Below, piece after piece: positions 9,489 to 17,105 of a stretch of 64,000 nt of DNA. The position numbers and the translations under genes were made by a program. The notes below the pieces were generated by a model. The model was given only the letters and a program-made list of their open reading frames with translations, was not told the origin of the DNA and did no database searches. Origin of the DNA: an uncultured Gammaproteobacteria bacterium (GTDB taxonomy: Bacteria > Pseudomonadota > Gammaproteobacteria > UBA9214); contig CALOCX010000017.1 of assembly GCA_942491995.1 (NCBI GenBank), positions 309,919 through 373,918 on the forward strand, given 5' to 3'. Each line of letters starts with the position of its first letter. The first letter of the stretch is position 1.

Positions 9489-10649
9489 GTGCGAATCGGA
9501 TTTCTTTTCAATCACTTTTTCCCCCACCAGGTACCGCACGCAGCGCCCTATGCGTACGAACTTTCGCGCCGCAACCCTGACTTCGAAGTCATTATCGCGT
9601 GTTCGTCGAGAGCCGAGATGGAACTGGCGAAGCGAATTGGCGCGCTCTACCCCGGTCACCGCTGTACGTTCAGGCACATTCGTCCGTCCTGGGCCTACCG
9701 CATGATCGATCCCCTGATCTCGCCGTATACTTTCACACGCAAGAAGATGGTACTGAAGAATAACCTGGCGTTCTTCCGCAGCCTGGATGCGCTGGTGGCG
9801 CCGGAGCGCCACTGCATGAAATTGAGAACGCTGTACAAGCTCGAGGGAGTGCGGATGATACACGCGCGCCACGGTGCCGGAGACCGCCAGGGCGGCTTCG
9901 ACGAGCGCTCCGGCGCATTCGATCTCACGCTGCTACCCGGGCAGAAATACATCGACCGCCTGCAGGAGATCGACGCCCTGCGCCCGGATGCCTATGCGGC
10001 TGTCGGCTGGCCCAAGTTCGAGGTCGTTCGCGGCCTCAACCCCGAACCCGTGCGCTTCTTCGACAACGACAATCCGGTTGTCGTCTACAACCCGCATTTC
10101 GACCAGCGCGTTTCGTCCTGGGAGAAGATGGGCCTGCAGGTGCTGGACTTCTTTGTAGACAACCCGAACTACAACCTGATCTTCGCGCCGCACGTGGTGC
10201 TGTTCAAACGACATGTCCGGCACAAGGGGTATCTGCCGGACAAGTACCGCAAGATCGCCAACATTCTGATCGACACCGGCAGCGCCGCCTCGACCGACAT
10301 GAGCTACATCCTGAATTCCGATATCTACCTGGGGGACGTCAGCAGCCAGGTCTACGAATTCCTGCTCGAGCCGCGGCCGGTTATCCACCTGAACGCACAT
10401 CACGTTGACTGGCAGGGCGACCCCTACTACCTGCATTTCACCCTGGGTCAGGTGGTCGACGATGTCGAACAGCAGCTGGGCCCCGCGCTTCAGCGGGCAT
10501 TCGACACCCACGCGCAGTACCTGGATGAGCAGCGACGTGTGTTTGCCTACACCTATTACAATGAAACCGACAGCACCGCGGCCCAGCGCGGCGCCGACGC
10601 CATTGCACGGTTTCTATCCAAACCCGCAGCGACAGATACCGCGCAGTAG
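9489..10649 (+). CDS. GT-B-fold protein, CDP-glycerol glycerophosphotransferase (TagF/TagB)-like
   Basis: VVYNPHF, IFAPH and SDIYLGDVSSQVYEFLLEPRPVIHL resemble the Glyphos_transf C-terminal motifs; GTG 9489 (MRIGFLFNH) preferred over ATG 9447. Confidence 0.55.
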   Translation: MRIGFLFNHFFPHQVPHAAPYAYELSRRNPDFEVIIACSSRAEMELAKRIGALYPGHRCTFRHIRPSWAYRMIDPLISPYTFTRKKMVLKNNLAFFRSLDALVAPERHCMKLRTLYKLEGVRMIHARHGAGDRQGGFDERSGAFDLTLLPGQKYIDRLQEIDALRPDAYAAVGWPKFEVVRGLNPEPVRFFDNDNPVVVYNPHFDQRVSSWEKMGLQVLDFFVDNPNYNLIFAPHVVLFKRHVRHKGYLPDKYRKIANILIDTGSAASTDMSYILNSDIYLGDVSSQVYEFLLEPRPVIHLNAHHVDWQGDPYYLHFTLGQVVDDVEQQLGPALQRAFDTHAQYLDEQRRVFAYTYYNETDSTAAQRGADAIARFLSKPAATDTAQ

Positions 10650-10682
10650 AACGTTTGGGATAACGACAGCTCAATGAGTCCA

Positions 10683-10712
10683 GCCTTCAGGAAAGGCGGT
10701 TTTTTATTTTTC
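10683..10712 (+). terminator. Probable Rho-independent terminator between convergent genes
   Basis: GCCTT-caggA-AAGGC stem followed by GG and a T-rich run. Confidence 0.45.
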
Positions 10713-11627
10713 CTCTACTCCCCGGGCCACAACATCATCCAGCAGCCTGGTCAGAAAGTGTTGCGGTGAGAATTGGTAAAGTGTTTCAGCCGCAATCGGT
10801 TCAGGCGCTGTCTTCAAAAACTTGGCGATTTCGTCCGTAGTGGTTGCATCGGTCAGCACCAGTACGTTGTTTGCATTGTAGAGCGCGGTCTTCCTGACGG
10901 CTGCATTGGTTGTAATTATTTTTTTCCCGTAGAGGGCCGCCTCAATAGGTCTTAACGACAGTCCGTTCTGGCCGTCCTGTGTTACATCCAGCAGGCACTT
11001 CGAATTTGCAACCAGTGCCAGATACTCCTGGTATGAAATCAGCTTGATCCCGTCACTGCCGGTAATTCTCGTGTATACCCTGAAACCCGCGGCTGACAGC
11101 GAGACGCCTAGCTTGTCAACCATCGCTTTTCTGCCTTTGTTGCGCCCGACAAAAAGCAAATCGATGGCGGGGTTCGGGATAGCATTCAGGGGAAATTTTC
11201 TGACAAACTGGGAATACTGTTTTAGTGCGTAAGTCTTGCAGTCCGCTTCATCAAAAGACCAGATTGCAATACCTTTTTCTTTCAGGCCAGCGATACTGTT
11301 TCTCAGGTTTTCATTCCTGGCGACAATGTTTCTGCAAATAATGGCCGCCTGAAAATCAACCGGTATCTCATTTAATATACGCGTCAAGTTGACCTTGCCC
11401 TGAAAAAAGAAGCTGCTTCCCGGGTTCTTTTCGATCAATTTCAGGATCAACTTCTTCAGCTGGTAGTGTCTCGCCCTTTTGAACCATCTGGCCAGAATGT
11501 TGCCGTGATATCTGCTTTCTTTTAAATTTATGACGTTTATGGCTATACTGCCGAGCTGGCCGATATCAAGAAACTGTACATCGTAATCCGGCCAGAAACC
11601 GATTAAAAAAACTTTTTTCTGTGGCAT
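10704..11627 (-). CDS. Putative glycosyltransferase (GT-B, CgeB/Glyco_trans_1_2-like; LPS/polysaccharide biosynthesis)
   Basis: LLFVGRNKGR, LLDVTQDGQNGLSLRPIEAALYGKKIITTN; start moved to MPQKKVFLIG to avoid overlap with the divergent gene; low GC. Confidence 0.55.
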   Translation of the reverse strand: MPQKKVFLIGFWPDYDVQFLDIGQLGSIAINVINLKESRYHGNILARWFKRARHYQLKKLILKLIEKNPGSSFFFQGKVNLTRILNEIPVDFQAAIICRNIVARNENLRNSIAGLKEKGIAIWSFDEADCKTYALKQYSQFVRKFPLNAIPNPAIDLLFVGRNKGRKAMVDKLGVSLSAAGFRVYTRITGSDGIKLISYQEYLALVANSKCLLDVTQDGQNGLSLRPIEAALYGKKIITTNAAVRKTALYNANNVLVLTDATTTDEIAKFLKTAPEPIAAETLYQFSPQHFLTRLLDDVVARGVEEK

Positions 11628-11706
11628 CTTTGAACTGTTTAGTGTCTTCATCAATGTAGATGTCCCCTTAATCATGCATTCAGCATCCACTGTGCGAATC
11701 CAGTCT

Positions 11707-12486
11707 ATGAATACTGAAATACAAGAACCTGTCAGAATCTTTGTCGGAACATCGCCCAACGGAGAGGATGCCGAAGCGGAAATGGTACTGGAATACTCAT
11801 TACGCAAACACAGTTCCCGGCCAATCGATATTACCTGGATGAGACTCTCCAGAGACCCCCGGTCGATCTGGTATAGCGGCAAATATGGCAGGAGTGGCTG
11901 GCGCACACACAAATGGACCACACCCTTTACCGGCTTTCGCTGGGCTATTCCGGAAGCCTGCAACTTTCAGGGAAAAGCCATTTACATGGATGTTGATATG
12001 GTCAACTTACACGATATCAGCGAATTATATAGCCTCGCCTTTGCGCACGACAAAGCCATCATGGCTCGACCTGGTCTTAAATCTAATTACAGATTTTGCG
12101 TCATGCTGATGGACTGCGAGAAACTGAAAACCATTTTACCGCCGGCAAAAAAACTGCAACGACTTAAACAGGGTCATCGCGAAATCACCGATATGTTGCT
12201 CAAATCCGATTATATCCAGACACTCGATCCACGCTGGAATTGTCTTGATGGCGAAGACCTGGCGATTGATGAGATCTGGCACCTGCACTACACAAAAATG
12301 GCCTCTCAGCCGTGGAAGCCTGCATGGTATCCAGGCGTAACAGAAGAACATGCCCGGCCTGAAATTGCCGATCTCTGGTTTCAATATAAAGAGGAAGCCA
12401 TGGCCAACAGCTGGTGGCCTAAAAAACCCGACCCTCCATTCGGCGCAGTTAAAATCCATCTCCGCAAGGGCAGGAAAAAAGCCTGA
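11707..12486 (+). CDS. GT-A nucleotide-diphospho-sugar transferase (GT8-like)
   Basis: RIFVG, TPFTGFRWAIPE, AIYMDVDM (DxD), WNCLD, HLHYT; start at MNTEIQEP. Confidence 0.7.
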   Translation: MNTEIQEPVRIFVGTSPNGEDAEAEMVLEYSLRKHSSRPIDITWMRLSRDPRSIWYSGKYGRSGWRTHKWTTPFTGFRWAIPEACNFQGKAIYMDVDMVNLHDISELYSLAFAHDKAIMARPGLKSNYRFCVMLMDCEKLKTILPPAKKLQRLKQGHREITDMLLKSDYIQTLDPRWNCLDGEDLAIDEIWHLHYTKMASQPWKPAWYPGVTEEHARPEIADLWFQYKEEAMANSWWPKKPDPPFGAVKIHLRKGRKKA

Positions 12487-12514
12487 ACCCCAGGCAATTC
12501 CCCGGTCGTTATCT

Positions 12515-13759
12515 TTAGGGGCTTGATATACTCTGCAGTATGCATGACGCCAGAATATCATTGCCCCGCGGAGAATAATGGGTTGCATCAACATAGCTTC
12601 CCTGTACGCCAGCCCCGGAAATTGCACGGGAGCAATCTTGCATTATTAAAAGCCCTGCACTGATCGCTTCCCTGATTCTTGAATCAACGCCGTTGTAAAC
12701 GGCAAAATAATCCGACGTGTAAAAGTCCTCAAGTAAAAATTCCTGGTTGCTTTCCAGCAATCCTATTGGTTGGTAGATGAAGTGAACAGTAAAACCAAAG
12801 GCATCCCCCAGTTGCCGGACAAACGAAATATTTTCCTTGTAATAGTGAATAATCTCGTCGGCAAGTTTGTCGATTCTGTTCTTGTGCAGGGTTGCCCAGT
12901 TGTAATGGAAATCCATTAACTCAAGCCAGTCGTCCAGCCCATTCACATTTGCGCTCTTGCGAATAAAGACATCGTTAATGTCATTTTTCCTGTGCAGATA
13001 ACGGTAGATTAAATGTGACACGGGAAAGCTGTATGCCAGAGCGAGCAGCCTGTTCTCTTTAACAGGCACACCAAAAACGAGTGGCACCTGCCCTCTGTCA
13101 AGGATCAGGCCCTGCGCACGCGGGCTATCGTGAAGCTCGTAGGGAGACCGGGCAAATGTCGTCACTTCATTCAGGCCATCGATAAAAATAACAGATGCGG
13201 GTCGATATCCCTTGCGCAGCAGATAAACAAGCTTGTCGACCTCTCTTATGGAATCGTATGCCTGAATCCCGAAATTGATATATGTCTTCTCTTCGTCAAT
13301 GGCGTTTAAACGGGCGACTACCGTACTGTTATCAGGTACGCCATCACCGAAAGTCGTTGAACCACCAAACACAAAAGTCTGCGTGTGCTGTTGCGACAAG
13401 ATATTACGCACAAAGTTATCCGACCAGTCGGGCAAGTACCTTATCCCCTCCAATCCTACCGTGTAATGTGGTCGTGCCGCCCCTTCTGTGAAATGCAACA
13501 CCGTATGTGGCCGGATTCCAGGTGCATCGACATAAGCTTCCAGGAGACGCTCGTCATTTGTATTGAAGATCCTTTTTCTGATTGCGATTCCTTCACTGGA
13601 CTCCTCATCCAGGAAGAAACGCGTGTCTGTTAGTGATAGCGGATGACGGTCAAGGTAGAGTTGTGCGCCTGTGTTGATCGCGATAAACAACAACAGGGTA
13701 ATGGCGACTATCACGCACGTCGTCTTGAAGAAAGCCGTTATCCCTGGTGTTGTAATCAT
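12515..13759 (-). CDS. Membrane-anchored SGNH/GDSL hydrolase (esterase or O-acyltransferase)
   Basis: Blocks FGGSTTFG, INFGIQAY, FIDGLNE, DATHYSPRGN; N-terminal transmembrane helix. Confidence 0.8.
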   Translation of the reverse strand: MITTPGITAFFKTTCVIVAITLLLFIAINTGAQLYLDRHPLSLTDTRFFLDEESSEGIAIRKRIFNTNDERLLEAYVDAPGIRPHTVLHFTEGAARPHYTVGLEGIRYLPDWSDNFVRNILSQQHTQTFVFGGSTTFGDGVPDNSTVVARLNAIDEEKTYINFGIQAYDSIREVDKLVYLLRKGYRPASVIFIDGLNEVTTFARSPYELHDSPRAQGLILDRGQVPLVFGVPVKENRLLALAYSFPVSHLIYRYLHRKNDINDVFIRKSANVNGLDDWLELMDFHYNWATLHKNRIDKLADEIIHYYKENISFVRQLGDAFGFTVHFIYQPIGLLESNQEFLLEDFYTSDYFAVYNGVDSRIREAISAGLLIMQDCSRAISGAGVQGSYVDATHYSPRGNDILASCILQSISSP

Positions 13760-14979
13760 TGAATCGTTAACCCGGGACTGCAGATGCCGCCCAGCAGCAC
13801 GTCAAGATAACGCTCGACGGCATGGTCAACATCAAACTCGCGCGCCCGTGTCCGCAAGGCTTCGCGATCAATTGTCGTGTCCAGCGTCGCGACAATCGCA
13901 TCCGCCAGTGCCGCATCATCGCCCACCGGCACCAGGCGCCCGTAGCGGCCTCCGGCCAGGATCTCGTCCGGCCCGCTGGGGCAGTCGGTGCTGACCACCG
14001 GGCAGCCGCACGCCATGGCCTCGACAAGCACCCCCGGCGAGCCCTCCCAGGCGGAAGACAGCACGAACAACGACGCCCGCGACATCCATGCGAACGGGTT
14101 GTCGACGAAGCCGTGCAGCTCGACATCCGCCTCAATCCCCAACTCGCGCAGTAGCTGTTCGAGAATGCGCCGTTGTCCGCCTTCCCCGAGAATCACGAGA
14201 CGCACCGGCCGGCGCGCACGCACGCGGGCAAAGGCACGCAGCAGCGTCGCGAAATCCTTTGCGGGCGCCAGCCGGCCGGCCGCAAGAAGCAGCGGCAGTG
14301 CACCCGCTGACAGCCAGGGGTGATCGAGCGGTGCCGCGGCCGCACTGTCGATTTCGGGGGTATAGGTCGGGTTGGTGACCGCGCACACCTGCTTGCGAGA
14401 CAGCGCGGTATGCTCGACGATATCATCCGCGATACCCTGCGAGACCGCGATCGCGGCATCGGCGCGGCCGTAGACGCGGCGCGCAAACTTCAGGCGATTC
14501 GGACGCGGCCGCTTGCTGTCGCCAAGGTGGGAGCCGGTGAGATGGTTGCTGACACGCAGCACCACGCGAACCGGTGCACGTGAAAGCCGCGCTGCAATCA
14601 CAGCAGTCAAATGCACGTGGTTGGCGGCCGACAGCAACACGTCCGGACGCTCGCGCCACAAGTAGCGCGCCAGCGCAAAACTGCTGGCCTTGATGCGGCG
14701 TCTGCGCTTCCGTCCCGCCAGGCGAATCAGCGCGGAGTCCAGCACCACCAGCCGCACCCCCTCCCGTAGCCCGCCGGCGAGTGGCCCTTCGGCATCGACG
14801 ACCACGAGATCGACGCGATGACCGCGTTTTGCGAAACCACCCGCCAGGGTCAGGGTGCGGCGTGTCGCGCCACCGCCCGATGGCCCGTAGATGTAGATCG
14901 CAATGTGCCGTTGGGCATCGTTCACGCCGCTCAGGGATTCATCACTACTGGTTGCCGTATGCGGCTTCACCGGGATCAT
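13756..14979 (-). CDS. GT4-family glycosyltransferase
   Basis: GGGATRRTLTLA, AAGRLAPAKDF, FVLSSAWEGSPGVLVEAMACGCPVVSTDC; ATGA overlap with the SGNH gene. Confidence 0.9.
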   Translation of the reverse strand: MIPVKPHTATSSDESLSGVNDAQRHIAIYIYGPSGGGATRRTLTLAGGFAKRGHRVDLVVVDAEGPLAGGLREGVRLVVLDSALIRLAGRKRRRRIKASSFALARYLWRERPDVLLSAANHVHLTAVIAARLSRAPVRVVLRVSNHLTGSHLGDSKRPRPNRLKFARRVYGRADAAIAVSQGIADDIVEHTALSRKQVCAVTNPTYTPEIDSAAAAPLDHPWLSAGALPLLLAAGRLAPAKDFATLLRAFARVRARRPVRLVILGEGGQRRILEQLLRELGIEADVELHGFVDNPFAWMSRASLFVLSSAWEGSPGVLVEAMACGCPVVSTDCPSGPDEILAGGRYGRLVPVGDDAALADAIVATLDTTIDREALRTRAREFDVDHAVERYLDVLLGGICSPGLTIQ

Positions 14980-14987
14980 GAACAGCG

Positions 14988-16106
14988 CTAGCTCCTGGAA
15001 AAAAACCGACGCTTGATCCTGTGAAAATAATAACCCGGGTTAAAATTCAGCGGTGATTCCAGCAATGAACGCAGGATGCTGTTCTCGAAGCGCAAGGTCT
15101 GAAGATTCTCCGTCGTCTTCTCTCTATCCGGCTGCTGTTTGACAACCCCGTCCAGGGCCGTGAAAAAATCCTGTTGCGAAATATTTTGCTCAAGGCAGTA
15201 AGTCTGAAAATCCATGCGCGTGTCTTCTCTCGAGAGCATGGCGGCCAGCGTTGCATCCAGATTGCATAGATCCCCTACCAGCCAGCCACTCTGATAGAAA
15301 AGCGGCGAATCACGGTAGATCAAGGTCCCGACAGGTTTGTCACTGGCCATGCTCTGTAACAGTACGCTACTGGGCGTACCAATCACGCATTCGACCTGTT
15401 GCAGGACCTCCTCGAAGCTGCCCTCCAGCAGGTTTTCCTTTGGCGACAACGCCTCTTGCAAGGCGTTATCAAAGATGCGGAAAACGTAGGAGTAACCACC
15501 TTGCTCGAGTGCTGCTGTCAACTGCGTGAGCAGATGAACCAGGTTGTTTTTCTCCGTGTCATCGAAATACGGCGTCTTCGCCGTCGTAATAAGGAATTGC
15601 CAGCGACCGGCGGATGACGCTGTTGACTTGACACTCGACAAACGCTTGTTGTTGTAAGTCATGAAGGTAATGCCTCTATCAGGATTCCTGAATGCCAGAT
15701 AGCCGGCCTGTGCAGCAGAAACAGCCAGTATGGCATCATGAATCAGCGGTTCCATCATGTAACCACGAAAATAAGCATTGGTTTTTCGCAGGCTCGGATT
15801 AAGGTAACTGTTGGACCACTCCAGGGGACCATCGACCAGCAACAGGGTCGGAATGCCCCGCGTCCTGGCCTGCAGTATGAAGTAATTCGCTCGTGGACTG
15901 AGATAGGAATGGGTGATCACCAGGCTCGCCTGACTGACGAGCGCTGCTGCCTGCAGGTATTCTTTCTTGCTGACGAATTCAATGACACCTTTGAACCTTG
16001 CAGGAATTTCTCCCACAAGGCCGACGAACTTCTGCCGCGGCATCACAACCAGAATTTTGCCTTCGTACCTGTTTTTATCAGGTCGCATCATGGCATAGTC
16101 AGGCAC
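14988..16106 (-). CDS. Hypothetical protein, possible GT-B/capsule-synthesis-like fold
   Basis: 372 aa ORF coupled to both neighbours; CVIGTPSSVLLQSMASDKPVG resembles the C-terminal SS/T..E..KP motif of GT-B capsule proteins. Confidence 0.45.
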   Translation of the reverse strand: MPDYAMMRPDKNRYEGKILVVMPRQKFVGLVGEIPARFKGVIEFVSKKEYLQAAALVSQASLVITHSYLSPRANYFILQARTRGIPTLLLVDGPLEWSNSYLNPSLRKTNAYFRGYMMEPLIHDAILAVSAAQAGYLAFRNPDRGITFMTYNNKRLSSVKSTASSAGRWQFLITTAKTPYFDDTEKNNLVHLLTQLTAALEQGGYSYVFRIFDNALQEALSPKENLLEGSFEEVLQQVECVIGTPSSVLLQSMASDKPVGTLIYRDSPLFYQSGWLVGDLCNLDATLAAMLSREDTRMDFQTYCLEQNISQQDFFTALDGVVKQQPDREKTTENLQTLRFENSILRSLLESPLNFNPGYYFHRIKRRFFSRS

Positions 16107-17062
16107 TACCGGGTCAGCTCCACAAGCTCGAGCTCAATTATACCGAAGCCCGGTACCTGGCCACGGACACGCAGCGGTATCCGCCCGGGATCGGAAAGCA
16201 GCAATTGAATATCACCCTGCAGACCAAGAAACGAAAACGGCTGCCCGTCTGCCGGTGCGCCGTCGAGTGGACGGCCGCTCAGTGTGACGTGTAAAGCCTC
16301 CATGTTACCCTTCACCCGGGTCTCCTGGCTGGCATCGAGCTGCAGGTAATTGACATCATGCGGCTCCCGCCCCAGGACCCGGAATTCCACCCGGTAGACA
16401 CGCTGTCGGTCGAACACACACAACTCCACCGGTTGCTCGCTGAACACCTGGTTCGGCCCGGATAACAGATAAAACAGTTGTGATGATTCCAGGATGACCG
16501 GGCACGTATCATCCCCCTCCGGCAAGGGATAGAAAGATTCACTGACCTCGCTCCAGCGCTCAGCAGGCTGCTCCTTCTCCGCCCTGTCAGCCGGTTGCCT
16601 GCGCAGCCGGTAAACCTGGCGGTTGCCAAAGCGGTACAGCTTCTGTGATGGTTTGCTCCCCCGACGCACCCGCATCAGCTGCAGTGGCAAGCCGTCACCC
16701 TCGTTGAACCAGAGACGCGACTGGCTCTCGATCCCGGTACCCAGTAACAGACGAATCGAGTTGGCAACTTCAAGCTCCAGTATACGGGTGCCCGCCAGCC
16801 GTGGTGATATCATGTCCGGCGCATGAAGCAGTGCGGCTTGCAGCTCTGCAGCTGTGAGTGTCCTCAGCTCGATTCGGGTTGTCAGCGAACCGGTTACCCC
16901 GGAATCACGCAACTCCAGTGTTCGCCAGTTCAGTGATGGTAGTGCAACCATGTGCGTACTGTCAGCCGCGACGCACAACAGGCTGTGTGCTGTAATGGCC
17001 AGCATCAGCACAAGCTTCAGGGCGGTTCCCCTGAAAACCAGTCTGTTGACAGTGACGAACAC
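16106..17062 (-). CDS. Exported hypothetical protein, DUF3108-like
   Basis: GTG 17062 preceded by GAGAGGGG; signal-like hydrophobic N-terminus; beta-rich sequence with CVFDRQRVY and RIPLRVRGQVPGFGIIELEL; TAGTG coupling to the next gene. Confidence 0.5.
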   Translation of the reverse strand: MFVTVNRLVFRGTALKLVLMLAITAHSLLCVAADSTHMVALPSLNWRTLELRDSGVTGSLTTRIELRTLTAAELQAALLHAPDMISPRLAGTRILELEVANSIRLLLGTGIESQSRLWFNEGDGLPLQLMRVRRGSKPSQKLYRFGNRQVYRLRRQPADRAEKEQPAERWSEVSESFYPLPEGDDTCPVILESSQLFYLLSGPNQVFSEQPVELCVFDRQRVYRVEFRVLGREPHDVNYLQLDASQETRVKGNMEALHVTLSGRPLDGAPADGQPFSFLGLQGDIQLLLSDPGRIPLRVRGQVPGFGIIELELVELTR

Positions 17063-17105
17063 GCTCTTCCCCTCTCGCGGCCGAATGCTTTGGCAGCACA
17101 CGGCG

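Noticed and set aside
11628-11963. N-terminal extension of the 10704 ORF
   Set aside because: Overlaps the divergent GT8-like gene; start reassigned to 11627.
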